The position numbers were made by a program, and so were the translations under genes. A stretch of 63,725 bases of DNA, the filler included, from Sluysia triapertura (lineage: Eukaryota): the NCBI GenBank assembly GCA_046118255.1. It is 4 parts of 4 records of this genome, joined end to end, with 100 filler letters (N's around TTAATTAATTAA, not from the genome) between each part and the next. Parts side by side here need not be neighbours in the genome. Positions count along the whole stretch, not along the records: positions 31,501 to 46,690 come from JBJNIA010235336.1; positions 46,791 to 63,725 come from JBJNIA010195488.1; 2 more parts are not named here. The stretch is one strand, 5' to 3'. The notes beneath the pieces were generated by a model, which ran no database searches, had not been told where the DNA came from, and was given only the letters and a program-made list of their open reading frames with translations. Shown here in pieces: positions 39,561 to 53,870 of this stretch; position 1 is the stretch's first letter, and each line of letters opens with the position of its first letter.

Positions 39561-41803
39561 ACTAAATATTAGCTAATTAGCATTCTAGCAATTATAGATC
39601 AATAAGTTAAATTTAAGAAATTGACCTCCAAAATTTTACCTGAAGATAAACTTTCCAAAATTCTACTAACTAGCCATTTCTTGTAAGTTTAAGATCGTAG
39701 GCAAACTCATAACGTTTCAAATCTTTTTCATCTTTTCAATACTAATAAATTCTATAGTAATTATTTTATACTACGAATTTAATTTAATTCAATAATTTTA
39801 TATTCGTTTGTAATTAGTTTTTTTGAATCTTTTATTATTCATTTTAATTTTATAACAATAGAATAGAAATGCTAATAGATGAAGGTACAAAGAAAATAAG
39901 TATTCTTAAAATCAATTTAACTAACAAAGTATATCACAAAACTGGCAAAAACATAAAAGTAATTGCATCATTCTACATTGACAGATCACATCACACAGCA
40001 GCCAAGCGAATAATAAGAGTAAGATTTGTAATTAGTTTCCTTATAAGAAACACTTTAACATTTTTATTTAATGTTTTAATTTTTAACAATATTCTGAATT
40101 TGAGTTACAGTCAATCCATTTTTTTAAGTCTAACAATAGTAAGTAAGTACTTTGTCGATATAACTTAAAACATATTTGTTTTGTTTGTATGCTTCGTAAC
40201 ATAATTAAACACGTTGATTCATATAATTATTAAACATAATTTTTAATTCTCTTCCATGCTTCGAAATTCTCAAAGGTTAACAACTCATAGTGATAATATA
40301 TATTTCAGGAACTGGAAATTAGTCTTTAAAACTTCTATGAAGTTGTTTTTCTGTTGAAAGTGTTACTACAGACAATGGTAAATCATACCTTTAAAAATAT
40401 TTTAATTATAATAATTACAGCTACATCTTTTCGTTTAAAATTTCAAAATTTTAAAAAAAAGTTACTTTTTAATTTCTACTTATTTGAAAATGAATAAAAA
40501 AAACAGTATTTATAAAACATATATTTAAGCAAGTAACAAGAAATAAATATTATTAATTTTAATCATCTTTGAGGATGTTGTCGTTCTAAATTAAAAATAT
40601 ATAATTCAAATTTCATAGCATTGGACAATACATTGAAATTAGTAATTCATACCAAATATTATTTAATAATAATGGTTTTTAAAATTGAAATATAAATTAA
40701 ACGAAATTTAGCCACAATAGAAAAAATTTAATATAAAGTTGCCAATTTTTAGAAATTCATATTAACAAAAAATAATTTTAAAATAGAAATTTAAGAATTT
40801 GAAATTACTGAAACGTAACTAATTGCAATACAATACTGTGATGATTCAAAACCCTCATTCATTATTACCATTAAACCAACAAATCTACTTAAAGCTACTT
40901 CTCTCATTAACTTCTTATCAATATCATTAATTTTTATTTCATTACATTATTTTATTATCGTTATTATCATTAACTTTATTGTTAATATTATCGTCATTAT
41001 TATTACTACTATTACTAACAGTATTATTGCTATTATTACCATTTACTTACATTATTATTAACAATAAAATAAAAATAAATTAAAATAACAAAATTAAAAA
41101 TAAAAATTATCTTTTGATAAATTTTTTTAATTATTAGTAGCAGTTTAACTACTAATTAATATCATCCTCATCGTATCTATCCACGTACACAAACTCACTA
41201 CGTTTTGCATATTCTCTATCATCACATATTCCGTTATAGGATAACCAATTTTTTGTTTTCAAACGAGCATTTTTGCATTAATTATTTGAGATCACTAATA
41301 TTCACCAAGCTATTAATTAACGTTATTAATATTTAAACTCAGTAATTCTTTTTTAAAATTTTAATATAGTTTACAAATCATTAACCAACATGCGTCATCC
41401 ATTTCGCATTGATACAATACCATCAGCCCAAGTTTTGAGTGACCAAAATAAGGATTAGCCTATTTTTCGCCAACGTATAACATTAACATTCCTTTATTTG
41501 ACAACATTGAGTTTTCTAATAATTTCATTTGTTTCGATTTACATTTTTCACTAAATGGTTATTAAGTTATCTTAAATGGTGGTGCAATAAGTCTTTTTTA
41601 ACGAACCCCTTCTCGTCACAATGACTGGTTACTAATTAAATATAACCTAATAAATATTACTAATGTTACTAATTAAATATTACCAATATAACCTAATTTA
41701 TATCCCAAACCTAAAGTTAAAAATACGCTGTGGTTATTGTTGTGCTACTAAATATATCGTATTAGATTTAACTTGTAATAGTCAGTCTTATATTATATTA
41801 GAC

Positions 41804-41828
41804 ATTATTATCATTATTATCATTATTA

Positions 41829-41881
<53 letters not shown>
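41804..41881 (+). repeat. (ATT)n microsatellite
   Basis: Directly visible; it produces the poly-Ile ORF artefact. Confidence 0.97.
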
Positions 41882-42779
41882 GTATTAAATCATCATTGAT
41901 AAAACAGTTACCATTAATGGAAAAATTATTTTAAGATTAAAAATAATTAATAAGACAAAATAATACAAAGTAAACTATCACTGTTCTTATAAAATAATTA
42001 AATTAACCACAAAAAGTAATAACAATACAACTAGAATAATATTGTGGTTTTAATAATAAAATAATAAAACAAGGAGACTATCGAAGCAAAAAAGTATAAA
42101 TAGACTTCACAGTTTATTGAAACGTTTATCAAAGAAGCTTATCGACGTTTATTCCTCCGCAATTTATCCAAGTAGGTTATTCAAGTTTATCGAAGTTCCA
42201 CACAGGTATTAAAGTATCATTTAAGAAAATATATTTGATTAATACTTTTTCAACTAACTTTAACATTAATTTTGATTGTTTGATTAATTGGAAGAACATA
42301 TAAATTAACAATCCTTAAACAAAACTATAACAAATTTTTATAAGTTGATAGTTACGTGTGGTATTAGTGTTGCTATTTTATTCATACTTTTATAAACTCA
42401 ATTTTATTATAATTATTTCTATCGACAAACTTTTGTATTGAATAAATAAAGTACCAATTAAGTTATCGATTACGAGTTGAATCGAACTTTAATCTTATCA
42501 AACTAGAAAGCACTTCCATCTCTTACACCAGAGACGACTTAACAGTAACCTCCAGTTATTATAAGTGTTAGAAAACAATAATGAAAAGCTCAAGTGCAGT
42601 ACTCTAAAAACAGATAATAATAATAATCAAAGATAAATTCCAGTTTGGGCTTTAGTACACGTAAATTTATAAGTAAAACCATTCATGATTACTATTACTA
42701 TTATTATTATTATTAAAATTGTAATACACTTAAAAATTTTTTTTCGAAACTTCATACAATGCGCAAATTCCTTACATTT

Positions 42780-43764
42780 TCTTCAACCTTTCATCTGAGT
42801 TTAGAAAATATTTTAAAATGATTTTAAAAGTAGAATTGTTGAGTTATTTACCATTATTAATAAATCATTTTGTAACTTTATTTCATATATTTAAGAAAGA
42901 AAAACAATGTTTCTTAACAATTATGAACAAAAGTTTGCTGCACATTTACCATCGTATAAGTTATCAGTTACTCCTTATTCTCGTGGCAGTCTATCACCAG
43001 TTATTCGATGTCAATGAGATTCTAATATAGGTTGACTAATTTATTTTAAACAATAAAAATGATATTAGTTTATAATAATGAAAAATCGGTTGGATATCTT
43101 AAATTAGAAATAACTTAAACTAAAACTTTAACACAGTTTTTCTTGATGTAAGGAACCATCTAGTTTACTATTGTACATTAAATATTAGTAACTCTTAAAC
43201 GACATGCTTATCAAACACAAGTTTGCTTTTACAATATGTATAGGTAATAAACATTATCCTTTTTATTACTGTAAAACAAAAGATATCAACACAATAAAAC
43301 AATTAATTATTTTAAATAAAATAGTTTAAATTAAAAAAAATAAAATTTAATGATTGTAGAACAGCTGCATAATTTAATATTAATTTTCAAATAAAATATT
43401 AGCAGCTGATGAGTAAAATCAAATAAAAACACCTGAAAAAATTGAAAATATAAAATTCAAAGAGACACACAACAATAGAGTAAATTTCTGGTCTTGATCC
43501 AATTCAAAAAAGAATTTTTTCGAGTATTGAAGAAATATGTTTAATAGTAGGATAATATTTTGTCGTAAAAGGACATATTGTTTATCTATTTGAGATCATT
43601 TGATCCAGAGATTTTCATTCATTATTCGGTTTTTGTAAGTTTATTTCTATTAAGTTTAAGCTTCCATAAGGAAGTAATAAAATCTCACTTAAAATCCTCA
43701 ATTATTTATGCTAGCTTAAGTTAGTAATTAAATGTAGCAAGACATGTCCTAAAAACCCTTCTAC

Positions 43765-43810
<46 letters not shown>

Positions 43811-44210
43811 GTTGTTGTTGTTGTTGTTGTATACCATTTTACTAATCTATTTCTTGTGAATATAATTTATAGACTTTGTTATTTCATTAATTCTGAAGTT
43901 AGTTAATAACATAAATAAAAGTAAACCTTGAATATTAATAACTAGAAACGCAAGTTACAATGCAATAGCTACTAAAATTGGTCGGATGCATTATAAAGGA
44001 ATAATAACAGGAAAAGTTTAAGAAATCATTAAAGATTCGAACTCAGACTAAAATTAATTAAAAATTGCGATACAATAAATACAATATAGAATCATATGCG
44101 ATACGTTGATAAACAATTGACAAAAAATCAGTAATATTTGAATATCCAACAGATACGTTGCTGAATTGTCAGTTTACATCGTAGACTGTGGTCGAAACCT
44201 TTATATTCAT
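42780..44210 (+). mobile_element. possible heavily decayed Penelope-like 3' region
   Basis: TPYSRGS (cf. LPYIxG), EKFKKSLKI (cf. GIY-YIG C-terminal KRxxxESxxI), then a hammerhead-like CTGA...stem...CGAAAC at 44161-44198. Confidence 0.3.
43767..43830 (+). repeat. compound (TTA)n(TTG)n microsatellite
   Basis: Directly visible. Confidence 0.97.
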
Positions 44211-45240
44211 TTTCTAAGTTTAAGAAAGACTTGCATCACTTAAAGATATCATTGAGAGAAAAATGGTATATAAATTTTTTTAAATCTCATTTACATATAT
44301 TCTTCCGGTGCTACAGTCTGGCCTGTAACTTTTTCAACTTGTTAATTAAATGTGACGAATTCCAATTTATGTTTCTTGCAATTTTATTTAATAAATTTGT
44401 TCATTTGTGTAAATAGTATCTGATACCAGACTTCTCCAGATAAAATTTAAAGTACTTTTATCTAAAGCATATTTTATCAAAAATAAATAACGTATAGTAA
44501 ATTATAAATAATTATAATGTACATATATTAAAAATGAAAATTTTCTTTCTTATTTTATCATTTAGTATGTATAACTTTTATATTATTACAAATTGATGCT
44601 AAACTTATGACAATTAGTGAATCTTAATTTTCATGCAAAAAAACCTAAAATACTGCATAAGTTTATATGAATTAGTGTTGAAAACCGAATAAAAACGAAT
44701 ACAATATTGATTTACATAGAACTCTCTAAACCTATTTTGTCATAAAAACCTAGCTTGAAAATAATTCAATTTTCAATTGTTCCTGAAAAAAATTAATTTG
44801 ACACTACAATAGAAAATTAAAAACATTTAATTTACGATACTAAGCTAGAGATACACCAACAAAAATAAAACAAATTTTAATACTAAATCATGCATTTTAA
44901 TCGTTATTAAATTTATTTGCAGCATGCAAGTTGCTTTTATTACGTTAGTTTTAATTACTTACGATTATCCTTATTCACATACTTAATCCAGCTTAACCAC
45001 ACATTCAAAAAATTTGTATTTAGTTTTATTCAATGACTCAAGCTAAATACATCACTAAAAACTATTCATCATTAATAAAAACTTCTTCAAATTATCTTGA
45101 GAACTTTTCGATTCAAAAATCTTATCTGTACATATTAATATGAGAAGTAAAAACTACTTCAGAATTTACAGTAATAAAATGCAAAATCTGTGCATAAAAA
45201 TTACAAAGTATGGACATACTTTAAAAATAGAAAAATTTAT

Positions 45241-46433
45241 TTACAATTTATCTATAATCTGCGTATGTAATTTAAATAGATAAATAACTTACCACTTGCC
45301 AAATATTAAGCACATTATCTTCTGAGACTGAAGCTAATGTCCAACTTTTATCATATGACCAACCTATATCGCTTATTGCATCATTATGTCCTAAGTGAGC
45401 TAAGATAGCTTCTGGGCAAGTATTTTCTTCTTCAACTACTGATAGAACATCGTCACCTATTCTTGAAATATCCCATAACGTAGCTTTATTACTTAGACCT
45501 GCTACTGCAAAAATCGTTTCGTTATTTGGTGCCCATTCAATTCTATATACAGGAAAATCAATGGGGAAAACATGCAACTCCCTGTCCATCCTTCTTTCAT
45601 CCCATAATCGTACAAATTCATCTGACCCACCAGTTAACATCAAATTGTGTGCAACAGAATGCCAAACCACAGAATTTACATCACTAGAATGAGCTTTACT
45701 TTTAAATATTAATGGCTTTTTTTTTCTTATATCCCATAGGCATAAATTTCCATCATCACTAACACTAGCAAAGTTATTTGCAAAATTTGGCTTCCACGAA
45801 ACATCTTCTACTTTATCAGAATGTCCCGTAAAAGTGGAAACTGGATTAGAACTATCAGTTGATCTATTTATATCCCACATGTTAATAGTTTTATCGAATG
45901 CAGCTGTGAGTAAATGGCCTTCTTTTACTGTATTCCATGAAATACCATATCCTTCTTCCGAATGACCAATTAAAGTCAAAATTAATCCATCTTTTCCATA
46001 TATATATGAATTTGCATCTGATGATCTAGTGCCAATTAAATCATGATTTTGAGGCATGAATCTAGCCCGATTAACGTCACCACTATGAAATTTTGAATAC
46101 GTTTCATGAATAGTAGCACGTACAGGAAAACCAATTTCAAAATCACACCTTTCCGGAATTTTATTTTGAATTTTTACACTACTTATAATTAACTTGTTTT
46201 CACCGTCCTCGGCATGCGTACCCAGCAATAAAGTTAAAGTTTCTACATCATCAGATCTAAATTATTTCAATACAAAATTAAATAAAAACTAACAATGTTA
46301 TGCCTGGAACCCATTGACAGGTTAAACTTGGCCATTTTAAGGTTTCATAATCTAGCATATTATATATAAATATTGAATTTAACTCCCAACAATCTTGACC
46401 CTCATTTTCATCATTAACACATAAATGAGACAT
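45241..46433 (-). CDS. RBBP4: RBBP4/RBBP7 (MSI1/p55/CAF-1 subunit C)-like WD40 histone-binding protein; exons 46433-46294, 46256-45293, probable last exon 45258-45241
   Basis: LKWPSLTCQW, LLLGTH, HSGDVNRARFMPQN, GHSEEGYGISW, VEDVSW and WTLASVSEDNVLNIWQ. A 37-nt intron (46257-46293) keeps frame. A GTAAGT donor at 45292 with a 34-nt intron gives IIDKL*; this last exon is uncertain. Confidence 0.9.
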
Positions 46434-46690
46434 TAAATACAATATTTTTTAATATAAATTATTCATAATTTATAATACACCTATTATATCACTTATTATA
46501 TGTTATTACTTATTTATATAATATTATATTATATGCAAATATTGTTTTATATTTCTATATATTATAGTGAGAAATATTTATTCAAACAACTTCTTTATTT
46601 CGATAATCCTGTCGTATATATTCTAGTTTTTTATTTGAAGAATGTATTAGCACAAATAATTTTTGTTCTACTTTCTATTTCTCATTATAT

Positions 46691-46790
46691 NNNNNNNNNN
46701 NNNNNNNNNNNNNNNNNNNNNNNNNNNNNNNNNNTTAATTAATTAANNNNNNNNNNNNNNNNNNNNNNNNNNNNNNNNNNNNNNNNNNNN
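46691..46790. other. artificial contig linker
   Basis: N44-TTAATTAATTAA-N44. Confidence 0.97.
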
Positions 46791-46799
46791 TTATATTAT

Positions 46800-47010
46800 T
46801 TTTATAGAATCTCATTTTAAAATGACTATTTATTTTATTTTAATCTAAAACTAATTGTTATTTGTTGCTAAATTTTGAATTTATATTAACTCTATTAAAT
46901 CTCATTTTAAATTGATATAAAGCATTTTAATCTCAATGATAATGATTTTAATTTTACTTTGAAATAATTTTATTTTAAATAAATTTAAATTAAATCAATT
47001 TTAGATTTTC
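46800..47010 (-). repeat. inverted copy of the 36549-37010 minisatellite
   Basis: ATCTCAATGATAATGATTTT is the reverse complement of AAAATCATTATCATTGAGAT (36549). AATCTCATTTTAAA cores are also present. Confidence 0.65.
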
Positions 47011-48235
47011 TTAAAATTTATGAATATTGTTACAATAATAATAATAATAACGATAAGGATAATTATATGTATTAATAACATATGCACTAATAACAGCAGA
47101 CAATCTGGAGCAGATGATTCGGCTTATCTAATTATTATTAACGATTTTTTCTGTTTGCCCGGAACAAAAATAAGGAACGCAGGGAATATTGATTGAGCAT
47201 ATTTTTGGCTTTTGAATTTTGTTCTGAAGCTTTTATGTTACCTAGTAACTAAAACTTTGCTTGTAACTCACACTTTTATAAAACAAGAATCCTGTAAATA
47301 ATATTTCTTTATCCGAAACAACTATTTGTGAATTTCCATATTGAGAAATTCAATTTTCTAATAATATTTACAATATTATTAAACTACTTAATTTAATTGA
47401 TCATAACACGTAGAATTAACTATTGACGAGATGTACAAAGATAAGAATCTTCTCTAGTTTCATAGATTCAGACTTTTCAATCAATTATTGAACATTGTTT
47501 ATTTTATCCTGCGTTGAAACTAAGACATGACACATTTAGCCATTTTTTAAAGGTGACATGGTACTGTGAAATAACAATTTAACTATGGAATAATTTTCCT
47601 AAGTCAAATGAGATCACATTTTTTATCAAAGTGTTCATTACTTAATTTTGAATGAAGATATTTACAACTTTTATGAGTATGCTGCAATTGTTTAATATGC
47701 TTTATCAATCACAAACAATTTTTTAATGCATTTACGTTTTGTTATGTACATATAATTACAACTTATACGTGATTGCAATTATAAATTTCTCAATTACTTT
47801 ATTAACATATTTTTATTAATGCAAGAATTAGCTATTGATTTTTCTTGATACAAAAAGTGCACTTTATCAAGATTTTGAGTTAAGAGAAACCATGTTAACT
47901 GGACACTTATATATCGTCCTTACTCAAGAACAGAGCCTGATAATGCTCTTACAAGATTTGATTTATTATCACATGTTTTATCTGTTTTCTCATGATAGAA
48001 GACTGAGGATTCTACCAAGACTTCTATTTCCATTGTTAAATCTTAGCTATCAATTTTGATTAATATGATCATGTTCAATTTGGCCTATTCTTTCGTAATT
48101 CCAGTTGTTTTGATGTTTTTCTAATAATGCTTTAATGCAGCCAAAATTTCTCTATTTGCTATTTAAGTTTTAGATCTTAACAATAATATGAATTTTTAAT
48201 GAATTTTTTTCCTTTACTAACAAAATTTATATTTA

Positions 48236-48670
48236 CCGTATTTTCCGGTCTATAAGCCGCACCCAAAAACGTAAAAAGGGTCATAATTTAGGGGGTGCGG
48301 CTTATACGTTGATGTTTAAAATTCTCAAAATTTCCTGACTCTAATAAATAAAAAATGTTATTTTTAATGCAAAGTCCTATTTTAATAAACTACCTTGTCA
48401 TTGGGTGATATATTTGTTTAAATATTTTAAATTTCTAATAATTAATTATAATACTTTGAGTTTATTTTACGATACAATACGTTATGTGAATTTACGTTTT
48501 AATAAATTAATTCAATTTTTATTCGCTATGAAACGATCTTCATACACCACAGAGTGGAAATTAAAATTAATTGAATTGAAATGGTAATGGGAAAGCCACA
48601 ACAGAATTCAGTGTCGATGAATGAATGATTAGAAGATGGAGAAAGCAAGAGGATGAACTAAGACAGACCA
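48236..48670 (+). mobile_element. pogo/POGK-type DNA transposon 5' end with Brinker-like DNA-binding domain remnant
   Basis: TA|CCGTATTTTCCGGTCTATAAGCCGCACC terminus, with internal inverted GGTGCGGCTTATA. From 48528: MKRSSYTTEWKLKLIE / NGNGKATTEFSVDE*MIRRWRKQ. Confidence 0.85.
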
Positions 48671-51537
48671 AATTGTGATGGATTCTTATTTGACCTCCAA
48701 ACTCTTGCACTTACTTTTCACTGACGTCAACGAGTTGGCCCTTAATTGTATAAGACGAATATCGTAAGAGCTTCACATATTATATAAGAAAAGCATTATT
48801 ACATTTAATTAAAACCCAAAATGATATTATAATATGTATTTCTTATTGTTATTTAGTTTGTTACCCTTTCGTCGATTATTATTTGCGTTAATATTGTTCG
48901 AAATTTATTATGAAAAGTTTATTCTTAAAAATACTAATGCGTTACATTTAAATCTAAGTTTTTTAATTTCATATTTATTACTTAGAATTATACTCAAATT
49001 TATACATCTAATTCAAACTCTCTTTTTATCTTAAAGAATAAATCCAATTAACTTCACTCTAAATTTTATTTATTACAAAAACAATTTAAATAAATTTGAC
49101 AATAAATTAATTAATGATTTACAAAATTTATTTCTAAAAACAAAGTGATATTATGCAAACGTGGATTTGATGCTTCGAATTTACAAATACAAATACTACA
49201 ATCAACAAAGATTTACATCAGTCTATTTTCGCTTGCAATTTAAAATCCAAATTATTCGTAGTTACAATCCGCAACTGTCATAAATCAACAAATATATAAA
49301 TTTTAATCAATTTTTACAAATCTTGCAAAAATTCCCCAACTATCAAACTTAATGACACAATTTATCATATTCAGTTCTGTTTGACAATGAAAAGCCACCT
49401 TTTTCATTTTCCTTCCCTAAATTTACTAGCCAATAATTTTATAAATAATAATAATAAATCGAGCACAGTAAAAACATATAAATACGCTAAAATACATCAA
49501 GAAGAAACTAATTGAAAGATTAAATTTGAGAAAGCGTCAAGATTAACTTTTGTAAAAATTTACAATTATATACTTTTGTGTTTTCCTAAGTATTTTTCTT
49601 GTTACATCTTATTGTGATAAAAACATTATTAATATTAATTAATATAAATCAATTGTTTAAGCATATAATTGTAGAGTAATTTCTGAAGAATATTCATAAA
49701 TAACATTAATTTACAAAATCCTTCAGAAAAACCCAAGCTCAGTTATAAGACTTTGATTATAGGCAAACTTACTATTATAAGTTTTTATTACTTATTGTAA
49801 GATAGTTTCTCTGTTACAAAACAGCCAAAATATAGTGTGCTTATAGAATAATATATTATAAATAATTGATTTTTAATTTTGTTAAAAATAATGTATGACT
49901 CAGTAATTTAAAATGTAATTAAAACTAAGTTGAAAAATAAAATTAAATTATATTTAATTATATGAGATTAATTATAATTACAAAAATTCTATCAATAAAT
50001 TCTTATAATAATTAAGTTAGATTATTTATTATATGTATAATTATATTTTGTTATATTTACATTTATTAAACAATGATTACTGTCTTAACTTCAAAAATAA
50101 ATAGCATTTTTATTATCTGATTTTAGTTTACTTTTGTGTGAGATAAGTTTTGTCTTGAAATTTTTATTTATTTGGAAAATATATTAAATCAGTTCATGAA
50201 TTTTGTCAGTGTTTGAACTTAACGAATTTTAATTGGATATAAAAATATTAATCCAAAATAATATTTAAATTATGGAATTTAATAGTTGAAGTGAATGTTT
50301 ACATTTTTAAATTTAATAATTTAATGACACAAAGACTGCAGCACTTTACGAGAAATCCATATGTAGCTTCCGTACAATAATGTATACCCAATTTTGTAGC
50401 GATAAAGATTAAATTGTTTAAGAATTAAAAGACAGTCCGAAGAAATCGTCATCTCCTTAAACAGCATTCGTCGTGATCATACAAACCTATTTATACAAGA
50501 AAAAGTTAATATCCTTTGATTTGTACGACCATTCCGAGGATGACGTCCTTTTTCCTAATGATGGAAACCTAATGCTATGGCTAATTGTTACAGTGTATTA
50601 CTAAATAATTGTGGTGGCCAGCACCATTATGCAAAATTTAAACACTTCACAACAGAACCACAAACAACTAAATAACTCAAAATATTAAATATTCATAACT
50701 TTAAAATCTTTTCAATCAAAAAATTCAAAGTTATCAAAATGAAATTTCTATAAAAACAATTTTTAACTTATTGCAACTTTACCATAATTCTCTTAATTCT
50801 CCATTATAACTCTTCTCACACATTTTTCCGTTACTACTACCGCTTATATAAAGAAGTAAATAAGAAAAGAAACTAAAATTGTAATGCGAGAACATGAAGC
50901 ATCACCAGTGGATTATAATCTTTAGCATACAAAGTGGTAAAGTACAAAATTCTGCAACTCAATATCAAGATGACAAAGTAGAACAAAATAAAAGTCCTGA
51001 TTTACGTGCCGTTGCAAATCAATGTATCAATAGACCAATATTACCTATTAAACTAACGGATCTACGACCAACTTTGAATCCATTATCTGTGAAACCTGAA
51101 GCTATTACGAGTAAAACTGCAATTGATAGATGAGACAAGTTCGATCGGAATAGTGATTATAATCAAAAGATACCCTTCATCTAAAGTTTAAATAATTATT
51201 TTACATAAAATATCACATTTATTAACATTTTATATTTTACTTTTTCACAATCCACTAAAACCGTTTTACATTTTAAAACATTTTAATTCACAATTTCCAT
51301 CTCAAATTTACATTTCAAAACTAATCCAAAACATTTCACGTTCACAATCCTCCAACACTCAATCATCAACATCAGTGAAAAACATTAAAATCATATCATA
51401 CAATCAATTTAGAACATCGCGGTCAAAGTAACATTTCTTTAACATCTTTAATTATGCACTATTGTATTTAAGCATTCTCTTATCACCTCTTCCACATTTT
51501 TTATATTATCGTACATTATACAAGCAATCTGTGTGTA

Positions 51538-51800
51538 TTGAAAGTATTCCCCAATTATAATACCTTAAAGTGTGATACGATATGCCAAACTGACCATTAT
51601 AACTCAGAACAAAAGATTCATGAACGGGTAAAATCTAATGCTACTTCACTCAAACAGAAATGCATGGGACAATATCCATCTCAACTTGATGCATTTGGAT
51701 TGGGTATAAAATACGGCGCATCGTGTCCGTATTACCACATCTACCAAATAAATTGAAATGAACCAGAAATTGATCAACACAAACAAAGAATATACAACCT
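51538..51800 (+). mobile_element. retroviral-type integrase core remnant
   Basis: GQYPSQL..FGLGIKYGASCPYY...IN (cf. GxQFxS...LGIKxxxxxPYHPQxNG). Confidence 0.4.
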
Positions 51801-53349
51801 ATTAACGTCATTACATTCTAGTCATTGTTGTATCAAATTCAAACACATCGGTTTTCAAGATACTATTCAGTTGGAGGACAACAATCATCATCTAATCAGG
51901 AAAACTTTTCTTAAAGTAATTGTAATTTACTTTATTGATCATAATAACTTTATATATATTTTTTACATTTTTTACATCTACAACAGAACAGTTCAACAAC
52001 TTATGGAAAGATGAATAATAAAAAATTTAACTTACAAATTTCTATGTTAATTGTCACAAAATTTAAATCTCACAATTTGAATGATAAAAATTCATGCTTT
52101 CGTTTTATCTTTATTACAAACGATAATTTACTAAAAAAATTTCAGATATAAAGCTAACAAAATATGTTTTTAATAAACTAATGGAGTTGTATAAATTACC
52201 TCACACTCGACCTTTTAAATCATTAATTGACTATACGAATTTAACCGAAACAACATCAAATATAATAACCCCAAAAAGATGAGAACTTTAGTCAATTTGA
52301 GAATCAGAAAAGAAGTCATTAAAGAACACGAAATGAAACAAAGAGTAAAAAAGTGTGTTATCAGAATCTAGATAATGAATTATAAAGTATTTGAAAAATC
52401 CTATAAACCATGTCTAAATCATTAACAGTCTCCTATATTTAGTTTAATAAATAATCCTGAGATGATACACATTTTTCAATATCACCGAAAGAAGTTGTTA
52501 GTTAAAAGATATTTCAAAAATGAATTTTAAAGAAACTGTTTTGAATTCTGTGGTATAAATTATTAGATACACACCTTCAGGACTAAACAGGTATAACCAA
52601 AAATTTGTTATAAATAATGTCAATTATGAAATGATACAGTTTGTAATGAATGAGGGAAAATGTTTAACACATGAATAAAGCGTATTGTTGAAAACCATGG
52701 CTCAGCAGGAAAATTATATGATTTCAATATGATATGTAATGTAATATGGTGTGATATTTTGATATTTCGCGTAAAATTGAATTACGAATGAATTGGTACA
52801 TAGGAATCTTCACTAGAATGGTTATTAATGCACTTCACAATTAATTTAACAGGAAAATTATAATAAAAATTAACTATTTCGTGATATTATTAAGATATCC
52901 CTACGTACTTAAACATAAACGTTATCCATATGTTAATACATGTAAAATTTTCTTTATGTTCGACATTTTAGTTTTTGATGTTAAAGACAGTTAAATCACT
53001 CATAAAATGTACGTTTTATTGAAAAAATATTCATGTCAACAAATCAAACTTATTTAGAAGTAAATCTTGATGATAATAATAATATTGAATAATAATTTCA
53101 GCAACCACAAAATGTATAATAATTATAATAATCACAATATTAATAATTTATAGTAATAATTTTAATAATAATAAAATAAAGAACGGCAACGTAGAATGTT
53201 GCCCGTACATTTTGATGTATATATGCACTACTAAAATTAGTAGTGTTACCACAAGTTTGAAATTATATTTTTGACACAAAAATATTTTTTTGGCAAATTA
53301 AATTTTAATAATATCTTGTTACAAATTCTGAAGACATGTTTAATATAAA

Positions 53350-53870
53350 CCAGATGAATTATAAGGCACATAAAGTTATTGAGAATAAAGACAATGTGTA
53401 TGAAGTTATTCCGACGAAAATAGTATGACTTATGTAGAACTAATGAATGATAGAATGCATAAAGTATTTATGAATGGATATAACATGTTTCACGTAAAAC
53501 CGCTAAACAATAACGTATATAAAGTTATTATGAATAAAGATAAAGTGTATGAAGTTGATATTAATAAAGATATGACTTATTTAGAACATGTGAATTAACC
53601 ATGCTTAAAGATCATATTACTTTTACAGAACAGTTGAACGATGAAATATATGATGTAATTACGAACCAAGACGATATTGTTTATGTGAGACTGGTTAAAG
53701 ATAAAGTATATAAATTAACAATGAACATAGATATGATTACTTATGCAGATCCAAGGAACGATAAAGTGTGCGAGGTGATGTCTAATGAAAATATGAATTT
53801 AGATTACAAGTTCCTGGTTGAAAAGATATATAATGTAATAACGAATAAAGATCATTGTGAAGAAGATTTT
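53350..53870 (+). repeat. coding-like tandem repeat, ~60-nt/20-aa unit (ORF 53601-54068)
   Basis: EQLNDEIYDVITNQDDIVYV / RLVKDKVYKLTMNIDMITYA / DPRNDKVCEVMSNENMNLDY / KFLVEKIYNVITNKDH. Further broken units lie upstream. Confidence 0.65.

Noticed and set aside
41663-41899. Poly-isoleucine ORF
   Set aside because: Translation of an (ATT)n microsatellite.
43405-43440. CTGATGAG...GAAA hammerhead core
   Set aside because: No pairing stem II between the motifs.
47440-48140. Possible Penelope GIY-YIG region on the minus strand
   Set aside because: Only faint motif echoes across frameshifts; too weak to call.
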